From Rhizobacter sp. (GTDB lineage Bacteria > Pseudomonadota > Gammaproteobacteria > Burkholderiales > Burkholderiaceae_C), in assembly GCA_043742485.1 (NCBI GenBank), contig JAYTYH010000337.1:1-61755 (forward strand): DNA of 61,755 nucleotides. The letters run 5' to 3'. How positions within the stretch are numbered: position 1 is the first letter of the stretch; each line of letters starts with the position of its first letter. The position numbers were made by a program, and so were the translations under genes. The notes beneath the pieces were generated by a model that saw nothing but the letters and a program-made list of their open reading frames with translations, had not been told where the DNA came from and made no database searches. Shown here piece after piece: positions 36,824 through 47,446 of the stretch.

Positions 36824-38439
36824 TGGCCGGCTCGATCGACGCGGCAGCGCCGTCGCTCCTGCCGGCCGCCGCTTCCGCGCCGGCCGCGCCGAAGCCGCCA
36901 GCGAGTGCGGAGCCGGGGCCGTTGAAGGGCGCCGAGCTCGTGCTCGGCACGGTCGCGCTGTCGCTGGCGACGTTCATGAACGTGCTCGACACGTCGATCG
37001 CCAACGTCTCCATACCCGCGATCTCGGGCGACATGGGCGTGAGCCCGGCGCAGGGCACCTGGGTCATCACCTCGTTCGCCGTCGCCAACGCGATCTCGGT
37101 GCCGCTGACCGGCTGGATGACGCGGCGCTTCGGCCCGGTCCGCCTGTTCACCTCGAGCATCGTGCTGTTCGTGATCGCGTCCTGGCTGTGCGGGCTGGCA
37201 CCCAACATCGCAACGCTGATCGCATTCCGCGTTCTTCAAGGTCTGGTCGCCGGGCCGATGATCCCGCTCTCGCAGACGTTGCTGCTGTCGAGCTACCCGC
37301 GCGCCAAGGCCGGCACGGCGATGGCGATGTGGGCGATGACGGTGCTGGTCGCGCCGGTGGCCGGGCCGCTGCTCGGCGGCTGGATCACCGACAACATCTC
37401 GTGGCCGTGGATCTTCTACACCAACATTCCGGTCGGCCTGGTCGCTGCTGCCGTGACCTGGTCGATCTACAGCAAGCGCGATCCCGGGCCGAGCCGGCCG
37501 AAGCTCGACTACGTCGGCCTGGTGCTGCTCGTGATCTGGGTCGGCGCGATGCAGATCATGGTCGACAAGGGCAAGGAGCTCGACTGGTTCGCCTCGACGC
37601 AGATCGTCGTGCTGGCCTCGGTCGCGGCGGTCGGCTTCGCCTTCTTCCTGGCCTGGGAGCTCACCGAGAAGCACCCGATCGTCGACCTGCGCCTGTTCGC
37701 CGGCCGCAACTTCCTGTGGGGCACGCTGGCACTCTCCGTGGCCTACGGCCTCTTCTTCGGCAACGTCGTGCTGCTGCCGCTGTGGCTGCAGCAGTACATG
37801 GGCTACACGGCGACTTGGGCCGGGCTGGCGACGGCCCCCGTCGGCATCCTCGCCATCATCCTGTCGCCGTGGGTGGGCAAGAACGTCTCGAAGATCGACC
37901 CGAGGAAGCTCGCGACGGTGGCCTTCCTCGGCTTCGGTTTCGTTCTCTGGATGCGCTCGAACTTCAACACCCAGGTCGACTTCAAGACCATCCTGATCCC
38001 GACCATCCTGCAGGGGGCGGCAATGGCGTTCTTCTTCATCCCGCTGCAGGCCATCATCTTTTCCGGCCAGAGGCCCGAGAACATGGCGGCCGCGGCCGGC
38101 CTGAGCAACTTCGTGCGCATCGCCGCCGGCGCCGTCGGCACCTCGATCTTCACCACCCTGTGGGAAGACCGCGCCGTGCTGCACCACAGCGAGCTGGCCG
38201 AGCGGCTCACGAGCGGCAACGCGGCAGCGACCGCCACGCTGGGCCAACTCGGCGCCAGCGGTTACGACCGCGGCCAGGCGCTGGCGACCGTCAACCGCCT
38301 CGTCGACCAGCAGGCCTACACGATGGCCGTGACCGACATCTTCCTGCTCTCGGCGGTGATGTTCGTCGTACTGCTCGTTTTCGTGTGGATGACCAAGCCG
38401 ACGCTCGGCGGCGCGGGCGGCGCCGGCGGCGCGCACTGA
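36823..38439 (+). CDS. emrB: EmrB/DHA2 MFS efflux permease
   Basis: LDTSIANVSIP, QGTWVITSF, GPMIPLSQ, ELDWF. Confidence 0.92.
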   Translation: MAGSIDAAAPSLLPAAASAPAAPKPPASAEPGPLKGAELVLGTVALSLATFMNVLDTSIANVSIPAISGDMGVSPAQGTWVITSFAVANAISVPLTGWMTRRFGPVRLFTSSIVLFVIASWLCGLAPNIATLIAFRVLQGLVAGPMIPLSQTLLLSSYPRAKAGTAMAMWAMTVLVAPVAGPLLGGWITDNISWPWIFYTNIPVGLVAAAVTWSIYSKRDPGPSRPKLDYVGLVLLVIWVGAMQIMVDKGKELDWFASTQIVVLASVAAVGFAFFLAWELTEKHPIVDLRLFAGRNFLWGTLALSVAYGLFFGNVVLLPLWLQQYMGYTATWAGLATAPVGILAIILSPWVGKNVSKIDPRKLATVAFLGFGFVLWMRSNFNTQVDFKTILIPTILQGAAMAFFFIPLQAIIFSGQRPENMAAAAGLSNFVRIAAGAVGTSIFTTLWEDRAVLHHSELAERLTSGNAAATATLGQLGASGYDRGQALATVNRLVDQQAYTMAVTDIFLLSAVMFVVLLVFVWMTKPTLGGAGGAGGAH

Positions 38440-38524
38440 GGTTCCGCGCGCCCGATCCCCGGGGCCGAGCCGCCGGCCGCGTCGGCTGCCCGGACCATCG
38501 CGCCTTCCTACCCGGGCCGAGGCC

Positions 38525-39943
38525 ATGATGCGTTCCATCGAGTCCGTTGCGCGTGCCGTCCTGCTCGCCGCCCTGGCCGCAGGTGGCCCGATCGCCTTCG
38601 CCCAGGTCGCGCCGCCGAGTTCGCCGGCTTCGGCCGCTGAAGTAAAGGCCGAGCGCAGCGACGTGATCCCGGCCTTCGAGATCATCGGCTTCGATTTCCT
38701 GCTCAACCGCTTCGAACGCAACTTCGGCAGCGGCCGCGATGACTACCGCGTCAATCTGCGCTCCGTGCGAACCAATCTGCGGAGCAGCTGGGACACCGAC
38801 CACGACCCGTTCAGGACCAACCAGCTCGGCCACCCGTACCAGGGCTCGATGTACCACGGCTTCGCGCGCTCGACGGGCCACGGCTACTGGGAGTCGGCCG
38901 GCTACGCCTTCGCCGGCAGCGCCTTCTGGGAGATCGCCGGCGAGCGCACCCGGCCGTCGCGCAACGACCAGGTCGCGAGCGGCATCGGTGGCACCTTCTT
39001 TGGCGAGGCGCTGTTTCGCATGTCGAACCTGCTGCTGGAGCAGGGCGGCGGGCTGCCGAGGTTCTGGCGCGAAGCCGCGGCGGCGGCGATCTCGCCTTCT
39101 TCCGGCTTCAACCGGCTCGCCTACGGCGACCGCTTCGGCGGCGTTTTCTCGAGCCGCGATGCCGCCTACTTCAGCCGCCTCCAGATCGGCTACGCGCGCG
39201 ACCTCCATTCCCAGCTCGGCAGCTCGACGACCGACGTGAAGAAGAGCGAGGGACTGGTCGATTTCGCCATCGACTACGGCCTGCCGGGCGCCAAGGGCTA
39301 CCAGTACACGCGCCCGTTCGACTACTTCAATTTCCAGGCGGCGGCGTCCACGGCGAACGGCTTCGAGAGCATCACGACCCGCGGCCTCCTGATCGGGGTG
39401 CCGTACGAGATCGGTGCCGGCTACCGCGGCGTCTGGGGTCTCTACGGCAGCTACGACTACCTGGCGCCGCAGACCTTCCGCGTCTCGACGACGGCGGTCT
39501 CGCTGGGCTCGACGGCGCAATGGTGGCTGAGCGACGTGCTGTCGCTCCAGGGCACCGCGATGGCCGGCCTCGGCTATGCGGCTGTCGGCACGACGCACGG
39601 CGCCGTCGGCGAGCGCGACTACAACTACGGCGTCGCGCCGCAGGCGCTGCTGTCGCTGCGCCTGACACACAGCGACAAGGCCTCGCTCGACCTCACGGCA
39701 CGCGAATACTTCGTCAGCAGCGTCGCCTCGGGAACCAGTGGCGGCCACGACAACATCATTCGCGCCGATGCCTCGTTGACGGTGCGACTGTCGAAGCAGC
39801 AGGCCGTGAGCCTGAGATACCTCGGCAATCGTCGCGACTCTTCGTTCGACGGCAGCGGCTCGCGACGGCAGTCTCGCTCGACTGTCGGCATCTTCTACAC
39901 GCTGCTCGGGCAGGACCGCTTCGGCACGGTCGACTGGCGCTAG
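38525..39943 (+). CDS. DUF3943-domain outer-membrane protein
   Basis: Signal peptide; DHDPFRTNQLGHPYQGSMY...WE...E...PSRND motif; beta-strand-rich C-terminus. Confidence 0.75.
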   Translation: MMRSIESVARAVLLAALAAGGPIAFAQVAPPSSPASAAEVKAERSDVIPAFEIIGFDFLLNRFERNFGSGRDDYRVNLRSVRTNLRSSWDTDHDPFRTNQLGHPYQGSMYHGFARSTGHGYWESAGYAFAGSAFWEIAGERTRPSRNDQVASGIGGTFFGEALFRMSNLLLEQGGGLPRFWREAAAAAISPSSGFNRLAYGDRFGGVFSSRDAAYFSRLQIGYARDLHSQLGSSTTDVKKSEGLVDFAIDYGLPGAKGYQYTRPFDYFNFQAAASTANGFESITTRGLLIGVPYEIGAGYRGVWGLYGSYDYLAPQTFRVSTTAVSLGSTAQWWLSDVLSLQGTAMAGLGYAAVGTTHGAVGERDYNYGVAPQALLSLRLTHSDKASLDLTAREYFVSSVASGTSGGHDNIIRADASLTVRLSKQQAVSLRYLGNRRDSSFDGSGSRRQSRSTVGIFYTLLGQDRFGTVDWR

Positions 39944-41046
39944 AGCACGAGCCGGCTGGCGTAGCCCGTCATCTCCAGGTATCCGCGGCCGACCTGGCGG
40001 CCGCCGTCGCCTTCGAGTGCCGACAGGCCTTCCCAGTAGACGGCGCCGGTGCTGGCGCGGCTGTCGAGCTCCTGGTCGTCATGCAACGCGCGGACGGCGA
40101 AGACGCCGGCCGGCGTCGCGACCCGCCACTCGACCGGGTAGCGGCCCTGCGACGCGGGGCTCAGCCAGACGCGGCCCGGCGTCAGCACCACCTCGCCATC
40201 GGCGAAGTCGCGCACGGTGCTACCGGCGGCGCGAAAGCTGCCGCCGCTCCAGAGCGTGCTGCCGTCGGCGCGGCGCAGGCGAAAGGCCGTCAGCGCCGAG
40301 CCGTCGTCGAGGTTCATGCCGATCCAGTCCCAGCCGACCGCCGAGGCGTCGAGGAAAGAGTCGCTCCATTCGTGGTCGAGCCAGGCCCGGCCCGTGACGG
40401 CGACGGCGCGACCGTCGAGCTCGAGCGTGCCGGTGGTGGCGAGCTGCGGCTCGCTGTAGTAGCGGCTCGACTGCGCGCTGCGCGGGCCCTTGCGTGACAG
40501 GCCGCGCACGCCCTGCAGCAACACCGGCTGTGTCGCCTCGAGGGCGAGCCGGAAGGCAAAGCCGCCGCTGTCGCTCGCAACCATGGCGGTGTAGCGGCTG
40601 CGGCCTTCGGCCTGCGCGCGGGCGAACCGCCAGTCGCGCAGCACGAGCCTGGTCTCGCCTTCGTCGGCGGCGGCGATGCCGAAGCCGCTGCGGGCGATGC
40701 GCTGGTCGTGGCGCAAGCGGCGCTGAGCGAGATCGGTGACGGCGGCGTGCGCGAACACGATCTGCCGCGCCGTGAAGCGGTTGGCGTCGCTGGCGGCATC
40801 GGCGGCGGCGCCGAGACCGGTGGCGGCGCGGAAGAAAGTGATCTGGAAGCCCCAGCTGCGCGGCCCGGCATCGAGGCCGCCGGTGAGGTACCACCACTCG
40901 ATGCGCGAGTCGGGATGGGCACCGAAGTCGGCGGGCAGATGGACGGCGGCACCTTCGGCCGCGTCGGCTGCAACGGCATCGGCTGCGAGCGCCGGCGGCA
41001 CGCGGGCCGCGAGCAGGGCAAGTACGAAGGCGCGCCGCGGGTGCAT
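39940..41046 (-). CDS. AttH/CrtC-like lipocalin-fold secreted protein
   Basis: RR leader, DFGAHP..IEWWY, WLDHEWS, GWDW, YWEG, GYLEMTGY; start at 41046. Confidence 0.88.
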   Translation of the reverse strand: MHPRRAFVLALLAARVPPALAADAVAADAAEGAAVHLPADFGAHPDSRIEWWYLTGGLDAGPRSWGFQITFFRAATGLGAAADAASDANRFTARQIVFAHAAVTDLAQRRLRHDQRIARSGFGIAAADEGETRLVLRDWRFARAQAEGRSRYTAMVASDSGGFAFRLALEATQPVLLQGVRGLSRKGPRSAQSSRYYSEPQLATTGTLELDGRAVAVTGRAWLDHEWSDSFLDASAVGWDWIGMNLDDGSALTAFRLRRADGSTLWSGGSFRAAGSTVRDFADGEVVLTPGRVWLSPASQGRYPVEWRVATPAGVFAVRALHDDQELDSRASTGAVYWEGLSALEGDGGRQVGRGYLEMTGYASRLVL

Positions 41047-41130
41047 GCCCGAGCATCGCATCCCCGGCTGTATCCTGCGCAGTCGCTCGAAACGAGCCCC
41101 GCCCGACCCCCTCTCAACGAAAGGCTTCCC

Positions 41131-41805
41131 ATGACCCGCTCCACTCTTCGCGTCGCCCTCGTCGGCGCGCTCGCCGTCGCTGTCCTCGCTGCCTGTGCCG
41201 GTGGCATGACGGGCACGACCTCGGGCAAGCCAGCGCCGTTCTTCGTCTCGAGCGCCGGCTCCGGCAAGGGCGGCGATCTCGGCGGCCTGGCCGGCGCCGA
41301 CCGCCTCTGCAGCTCGCTCGCCAACGCGGCCAACCTCGGCACGCACAACTGGCGCGCGTATCTCAGCACCGTCGCCAGCGGCGACGCGGCCGGCGTCAAC
41401 GCGCGCGACCGCATCGGCACCGGGCCGTGGGCCAACGTCAAGGGCGTCGTCATCGCCAGGAGCGTCGCCGAGTTGCACGGCGCCAACAACCTCAACAAGC
41501 AGACGGCGCTGACCGAGCGTGGCGATGTCGTCAACGGCCGCGGCGACACGCCCAACATGCACGACATCCTGACCGGCTCGCAGCCCGACGGCACCGCCAT
41601 CGGCGGCAACGTCGACAGCACCTGCGGCAACTGGACCAGGAGCGGCGAAGGCGCGGCGATGCTCGGCCACAGCGACCGCACCGGGCTCGACGAGAGCGTG
41701 CCGGCGAAGTCGTGGAACTCGTCGCACCAGTCGCGCGGTTGCAGCGTCGACGCGCTGAAGTCGACCGGTAGCGACGCCCGCCTGTACTGCTTCGCCACCA
41801 ATTGA
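41131..41805 (+). CDS. Lipoprotein with endostatin/C-type-lectin-like (DUF1554-like) domain
   Basis: LAAC lipobox, [23 protein letters not shown]. Confidence 0.7.
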   Translation: MTRSTLRVALVGALAVAVLAACAGGMTGTTSGKPAPFFVSSAGSGKGGDLGGLAGADRLCSSLANAANLGTHNWRAYLSTVASGDAAGVNARDRIGTGPWANVKGVVIARSVAELHGANNLNKQTALTERGDVVNGRGDTPNMHDILTGSQPDGTAIGGNVDSTCGNWTRSGEGAAMLGHSDRTGLDESVPAKSWNSSHQSRGCSVDALKSTGSDARLYCFATN

Positions 41806-41825
41806 GCGACCCGGCCGGCGCACCC

Positions 41826-42758
41826 ATGCCCAACTTCAGCAGCCTCGTCATCGAGCGCGATCCGGCTCGGCCGCGAATCGCGCGCCTGCGCCTGAGCCGC
41901 CCCGAGCGGCTCAACGCCATCGACACCCACATGCCGGGAGAGATCCGCGCCGCGGTGGAATGGGCCGAAGCGCAGGACGACATTCACGTGATCGTGGTCG
42001 AAGGCGAGGGCCGCGCCTTCTGCGCCGGCTACGACCTCGTCGCGCTCGCCGAAGAGTCGCCGCGCGAAGGCCCGGTCGACAACCCGTTGCAGCAAGAGAA
42101 GCGGCCTTGGGATTCGATGACCGACTACGCGGTGATGAAGCGTCACACCGAAGACTTCATGGCGCTCTGGCGCTCGAAGAAGCCGACCATCGCCAAGGTG
42201 CACGGCTATGCGGTGGCCGGCGGCAGCGACATCGCGCTCTGCTGCGACCTGCTGGTGATGGCCGATGACGCCAGGATCGGCTACATGCCGACGCGCGTGT
42301 GGGGCTGCCCGACCACGGCGATGTGGACCTTCCGCCTCGGCGCCGCGCGCGCCAAGCAGATGATGTTCACCGGCGACCTCATCACCGGCGCCCAGGCCGC
42401 CGAGTGGGGCCTCGCCAACGTCGCGGTGCCCGAAGCCGAGCTCGACGATGCCACCAACCGACTCGCCGACCGCATCGCCGGCGTGCCCACGTCGCACCTG
42501 GCGATGCACAAGCTCGTCGTCAACCAAGTGATGCTGACCATGGGCCTCGAGCAGGCACAGACGCTCGCCACCGTGTTCGACGGCATCACCCGCCAGAACC
42601 CCGAGGGCCTGTGGTTTCGCCGCCAGGCCCAGGTCGACGGCTTCAAGGCAGCGGTGGCGTGGCGCGACAGTGGCAAGCCGATTCCGCAGGGCGACGAGGC
42701 GAGGGCGCTGATCGCCGAGCTGGAGCAGCGCCTCGCCGAGGCGAAGAAGCAGGCGTAG
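41826..42758 (+). CDS. Crotonase/enoyl-CoA hydratase family protein
   Basis: [30 protein letters not shown]. Confidence 0.9.
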   Translation: MPNFSSLVIERDPARPRIARLRLSRPERLNAIDTHMPGEIRAAVEWAEAQDDIHVIVVEGEGRAFCAGYDLVALAEESPREGPVDNPLQQEKRPWDSMTDYAVMKRHTEDFMALWRSKKPTIAKVHGYAVAGGSDIALCCDLLVMADDARIGYMPTRVWGCPTTAMWTFRLGAARAKQMMFTGDLITGAQAAEWGLANVAVPEAELDDATNRLADRIAGVPTSHLAMHKLVVNQVMLTMGLEQAQTLATVFDGITRQNPEGLWFRRQAQVDGFKAAVAWRDSGKPIPQGDEARALIAELEQRLAEAKKQA

Positions 42759-42791
42759 GCGTTGGGTTTCGTGCCCTGATCGTGGCGCGGC

Positions 42792-44162
42792 TCAGCGCGC
42801 TGGCTCGGTTACGCCGAGCGACTTCTTCAGGGCCTGGAACTCCTTCGAGCGGCGCAGGACCTGGCGGCCCGCGGCGACGAGGCTGGTGACCTCGGCCTCG
42901 CTGATCGAGAAGGAGGTCGGCACGCGCAGCAGCTTGCCGCGCTCGTCGCCCTCGGGCGCGTCCTGCAGATTGACCTGGATCAGGAACAGCTCGGCGTCGG
43001 CGGCGAAGCTGGGCCAGCGGCGGCCGGTGGCGAGCTCCTCGCGAAAGCGTCGGCCGATGTCGATGAGGAATTCCTCCGTCTCCACGGTGGCGCGGTCGCC
43101 GGCTCCGAAGAGGAGGGCATCGGCGACGTCGGTGCTGCGCGGGACGCGGTCGGATTCGTCGATGCGGTGCGCCGCCTCGCGCTGGGCGTTGACCACGATC
43201 AGCACCAGCCGGTGGACGCTGCCGGGCGGGATGGCGACCTCGCCGAACGCGGCGCCCATGCCGCCGCCGGAAAGCGCGCGGTCGAGCAGGCGGCGCACGC
43301 CGAGGTTGTCGGCGAGGCCGCCGTCGACGAGATGGATGAAGGGGCGGGCAGTGGCATCGAGGTAACTGCTTTCCTGCGACAGGAACAGGCGGGCGCGGTA
43401 GTCGAGGTCGGGCTGGCTGCGCTGCTCCGTCGCCCTGGCCGGCACCGGGCAGTCGCCCCGGTAGTTGCGCAGCGTCATCGGCGTCAGCACCAGCGGCACC
43501 GCCGACGAGGACGTCACCGCGAAAGAGAGCGGCACGGAGCCGAGGTCGGAACAGATGAGGCGGAACGTTTCCTCGGTGAAGTCGAAGCTGGTGCCGAGCG
43601 ACAGGTCGGAGGCGGTCACGACCAGCTGCGGATGGCGCGGCCGCTTCGCGAGATCGCCGTACGTCATGCCACGATAGAGCTCCTGCAGCCGCCGCTCCAG
43701 GAGGTGGCTGCGACCGAACCACGGCGAGCTCAGGTCGTACAGGTTGGCGGGGCGCAACAGCTGCGAGAGCAGGCCGTCCTGGAAGTCCTGGCGGAGGAAG
43801 TCGGTCTCGAAGCGGGGCAGGCCTTCGGAGCCGAAGGCGGCGAAGTAGGTGGCGACGATGCTGCCGCCCGAAACGCCGCTGACGAGGTCGACGGAATCCA
43901 GCACGTTGCCGCTGCGATCTTTCCAGCAGCACGGCGTGTCGTGCAGCTCCTGCAGCACGCCGTAGCCGAACGCCGCCGCGCGCGCGCCGCCGCCCGATAG
44001 CGTGACGGCGAAGAGCGCGCTCGAATCGCGCTGCGCGATCGCACGCACGTCGGTGGCCGGCTCGGGCCGTTGCGGCGCGTTGATCCACGGCCGAACGCTG
44101 GAGCAGGCGCCGAGCACGAGGCAAACGACAAGAACGATCGGGAGACGGAGGGCGGTCGGCAT
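42792..44162 (-). CDS. Patatin-like phospholipase lipoprotein
   Basis: LGAC lipobox, SGGGARAAAF, GVSGG nucleophile elbow, DGGLADN. Confidence 0.88.
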   Translation of the reverse strand: MPTALRLPIVLVVCLVLGACSSVRPWINAPQRPEPATDVRAIAQRDSSALFAVTLSGGGARAAAFGYGVLQELHDTPCCWKDRSGNVLDSVDLVSGVSGGSIVATYFAAFGSEGLPRFETDFLRQDFQDGLLSQLLRPANLYDLSSPWFGRSHLLERRLQELYRGMTYGDLAKRPRHPQLVVTASDLSLGTSFDFTEETFRLICSDLGSVPLSFAVTSSSAVPLVLTPMTLRNYRGDCPVPARATEQRSQPDLDYRARLFLSQESSYLDATARPFIHLVDGGLADNLGVRRLLDRALSGGGMGAAFGEVAIPPGSVHRLVLIVVNAQREAAHRIDESDRVPRSTDVADALLFGAGDRATVETEEFLIDIGRRFREELATGRRWPSFAADAELFLIQVNLQDAPEGDERGKLLRVPTSFSISEAEVTSLVAAGRQVLRRSKEFQALKKSLGVTEPAR

Positions 44163-44263
44163 GCGTTGGGAGGCGGCGTGAAAACGAAGCACGCAGTGTG
44201 CCAAAACCGGGGGATGGCGAGGCGCGGAGGACAAACGCCGACCGGCTGGCGGCCCGCCTGCAG

Positions 44264-46795
44264 CTACCAGTCTTCCTTCACCGCCAGCACGGTTTGCCGG
44301 CCCACCGCCTGCCGCGCCGCGAGCCATGCGGTGAGCGTGCCCGCGACCACGACGGCCGCGCACAGCGCCGCCAGCCGCGCCCAGGGCAGCAGCAGCTCCA
44401 TCGTCCAGTGAAAGCTCTGCGGGTTGACGACCTTCACGAGCACGACGCTGACGGCCAGGCCGAGGCCGAGGCCGAGAGCGGCGCCGACGAGCGTCCACAT
44501 GGCGCCTTCGGCGGCGACCACGGCGAGGATCTGGCGGCGCGTCAGGCCGAGGTGCACGAGCAGGCCGAACTCCTTGCGGCGCGCCAGCACCTGCGCCGAG
44601 AAGCTGGCGGCGATGCCGAACAAGCCGATCGCGATGGCCACCGCCTGCAGCCAGTAGGTGACGGCGAAGCTGCGGTCGAAGATGCGCAGCGAGGCGACGC
44701 GGATCTCGCGCGGCGCCGCGAACTCGATCAGCGTGCCGTCGTAGCCGGCCTCGACTGCGGCCTTGCGCAAGGCGTTCTCGATGGTGCCGATGTCGGCACC
44801 GGCGGCGAGCCAGAGCGCGATGTCGTTGATGCGCTCGTCGCCGGTGAGGCGGCGCCAGTCGGCGGCGTCGATGGCGACGGCGCCGTACTGGCGCGCGTAG
44901 TCGCGCCAGACGCCGCGCACGAAGACCTCGGCGCGGCGGCCGTCCGGCAGCGGCAGGGCGAACCGCTTGCCGACTGCGGCGCCGTAGAGATCGACCATCG
45001 CTTCGCTCACGTACACGGCGGTCGCACCGGCCGGCGCGGCGACGAGGTCGCCGACCAGCGGCAAGCTCTTCGCCGGGTCGGCGAGCGGCCGCGCGATCAG
45101 CACTGCCGAAGGCCGCGTCGGGTCGAGCTGCGTCGAGACGACGCGTTGCGCCTCGGCCCGGGTGACGCCGGCGAGGCCGAGCGCCCGCGCCGGCAGCGAC
45201 GAAGGCAGCGTCGCCACGTCGCCGCCGCCCGGGCCGGTGGCGGCGCGGGCGTAGAGGTCGGCCGGCAGCACGGTGTCGAGCCAGCGCGTGACGGCGTCGC
45301 GAAAGCTCGCCACCATCACCGTGAGCGCGACCGAGAGCGCCAAGCTGGCGACGACGCCGGCGACGGCGATGGTGGCGCTGCCGCGGTCGTGGCGGGCCCG
45401 CTCGACGGCGAGCAGGGCAAGGGCGCGTCGTGGCTCGCGCACGCCGGCGAGGGCCAGGCCGACGCCACCGGGCACGCAGGCGATGCCGCCGACCAGCAGG
45501 CAGGCGACCGATGCATAGGCTGCGAGGGGAATGCCGGCGATCGGAGGCAATGCCGCCAGTGCGACGCCGCAGGCGATGAGCGCGGCGCCGGCCCAGAGCG
45601 TGCGGCGGCCGGCGACCGGTGCGCCGAGTCCCTTCAAGGCCTGCGCCGGCGCGATGCGTTGGGCAGCCCGCGCCGGCAGCCAGCCGCCGACAAGTGCCGC
45701 CACGACACCGAGCGAGCCGTAGATCAGCGTGCCGGCAGCGTCGATATGCAACGCCGGCGCGACGCCCGGAAAATAGCCGCCACCGAGGTCGCCGCCGAAG
45801 AGGCGCAGCGCGACCGCCGCCATGGCCGCGCCGAGGCCGAGGCCGAGCACGCTTCCAGCGACGCCGAGCAAGGCCGATTCACCGAGCACCAGACGCAGGC
45901 GGTCGCGCGCGGCCAGGCCGAGCACGCCGAGCAGGGCGAGTTGCTGCTGCCGCTTCATCACCGACAGCGACAGGATCGAGAAGACGAGGAAGGCGCCGGT
46001 GAACATCGCCACCAGCGCCAGCACCGTGAGGTTGACGCGATAGGCGCGCGACACGTTCGAGATGCGCTCGGCGGCCTCGCCCGGCTGCGCGGCGCGCACG
46101 CCGGCCGGCAGTGCCAGCCGCGCCAATGTGGCGGCGCGATCGGCACCGGCAACGAGGCGCACGTCGATGCGCGTCAGCCTGCCGCGCAGGCCGAGCACGT
46201 TCTGCGCACCGGCGATGTCGATGACGGCGAGCGGTGGCCCGCCGGCGGCGATGCTGCCGGCCAGGCGCAGGCTGTGTCGACCGGCGGCGGTCTGCAGGCT
46301 GAGCAGCGTCGGCTGTGCGGCATTCGTGGCTGCCGAAAAGCGGCGCTCGGCCGCGGCGTTGAGGAACACCGCCTCCGGGTCGAGCACGGCGAAACGATCG
46401 GCGCCCGCTGCCGGCCGCGGCAACAGCGCCGGCGACAGCCGCGCGACGACAAGCGCATCGATGCCGACGACGCGCAGCGGCACCCGTTTGCCGTCGGCGT
46501 CGAAGCCGTAGCTGTCGGCCTCGACGACCGGGCTGGCGACGGCCACCGACGCATCGGCAGCGACCGAGGTGTAGAGCGTTTCGTCGAAGCCCTCGCGGCC
46601 GCCGACGATCTCGAGGTCGGGCTCGCCGTTGACGGCGCGCACCGCGGCGCCGAATTCGGCCAGCGCCGAGGCGTTGATGAGATGCACCGAGAAGGCGAGG
46701 GCGACGCCGAGCGTGACGGCGACCAGCGCGGCGATGTTGCGCCACGGGTGATGGCGGAGCTCCGGCCACGAGAGCTGGCGCAGCAGCGCGATCAT
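44264..46795 (-). CDS. FtsX-like ABC permease (AttG/YbbP-like)
   Basis: Two FtsX-like repeats, YRVNLTVLALVA, VVNPQSFHWT, C-terminal VKEDW. Confidence 0.88.
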   Translation of the reverse strand: MIALLRQLSWPELRHHPWRNIAALVAVTLGVALAFSVHLINASALAEFGAAVRAVNGEPDLEIVGGREGFDETLYTSVAADASVAVASPVVEADSYGFDADGKRVPLRVVGIDALVVARLSPALLPRPAAGADRFAVLDPEAVFLNAAAERRFSAATNAAQPTLLSLQTAAGRHSLRLAGSIAAGGPPLAVIDIAGAQNVLGLRGRLTRIDVRLVAGADRAATLARLALPAGVRAAQPGEAAERISNVSRAYRVNLTVLALVAMFTGAFLVFSILSLSVMKRQQQLALLGVLGLAARDRLRLVLGESALLGVAGSVLGLGLGAAMAAVALRLFGGDLGGGYFPGVAPALHIDAAGTLIYGSLGVVAALVGGWLPARAAQRIAPAQALKGLGAPVAGRRTLWAGAALIACGVALAALPPIAGIPLAAYASVACLLVGGIACVPGGVGLALAGVREPRRALALLAVERARHDRGSATIAVAGVVASLALSVALTVMVASFRDAVTRWLDTVLPADLYARAATGPGGGDVATLPSSLPARALGLAGVTRAEAQRVVSTQLDPTRPSAVLIARPLADPAKSLPLVGDLVAAPAGATAVYVSEAMVDLYGAAVGKRFALPLPDGRRAEVFVRGVWRDYARQYGAVAIDAADWRRLTGDERINDIALWLAAGADIGTIENALRKAAVEAGYDGTLIEFAAPREIRVASLRIFDRSFAVTYWLQAVAIAIGLFGIAASFSAQVLARRKEFGLLVHLGLTRRQILAVVAAEGAMWTLVGAALGLGLGLAVSVVLVKVVNPQSFHWTMELLLPWARLAALCAAVVVAGTLTAWLAARQAVGRQTVLAVKEDW

Positions 46796-47445
46796 CGGGC
46801 CGTGATGCCCGTCGCGGTCAGCGTCACGGCACGATCGGTGCGCGCTGCGGCGGCCTGCGAATGCGTCGCCAACAGGCAGGCCGCGCCGAGTTCCTTCACT
46901 TGCTCGAGGAGCAGCGACAGCACGCGCTCGGCGGTGACGGGATCGAGGTTGCCGGTCGGCTCGTCGGCGAGGATGAGGCGCGGCCGGTGCACGAGCGCGC
47001 GCGCGATGGCGACGCGTTGCAGCTGGCCGCCGGAGAGCGTCTGCGGCAGCCGCGCCGCGAAGCCGCCGAGGCCGACGGCGTCGAGCATCGCCGCGACACG
47101 GGCGTCGTCGGGCCGGCCCTGGAGCAGCAACGGCAGGCCGACGTTGGCGCCGACGCTGAGGTGCGGCAGGACGTGAAAGGCCTGGAACACGAAGCCGAGG
47201 TGCGTGCGCCGGAACGCGGCCTGCGCCGGCTCGGCCAGCGCGAGCACGTCGACGCCGTCGATGCGCACGCTGCCGGCGTCGACGCTGTCGAGGCCGGCGA
47301 CGCAGTTCAGCAGCGTCGACTTGCCGACACCCGACTCGCCGAGCACCGCGACGAACTCGCCGGCGGCGACTGCGAGGTCGACGTCGGCGAAGACGGTGCT
47401 GTCGCCGTAACGCTTGGCGAGCGACGCGATCTCGAGCAGGGCCAT
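46792..47445 (-). CDS. ABC ATP-binding protein (AttE/LolD-like)
   Basis: GESGVGKS, LSGGQLQR, ADEPTGNLD. Confidence 0.9.
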   Translation of the reverse strand: MALLEIASLAKRYGDSTVFADVDLAVAAGEFVAVLGESGVGKSTLLNCVAGLDSVDAGSVRIDGVDVLALAEPAQAAFRRTHLGFVFQAFHVLPHLSVGANVGLPLLLQGRPDDARVAAMLDAVGLGGFAARLPQTLSGGQLQRVAIARALVHRPRLILADEPTGNLDPVTAERVLSLLLEQVKELGAACLLATHSQAAAARTDRAVTLTATGITAR

Positions 47446-47446
47446 G

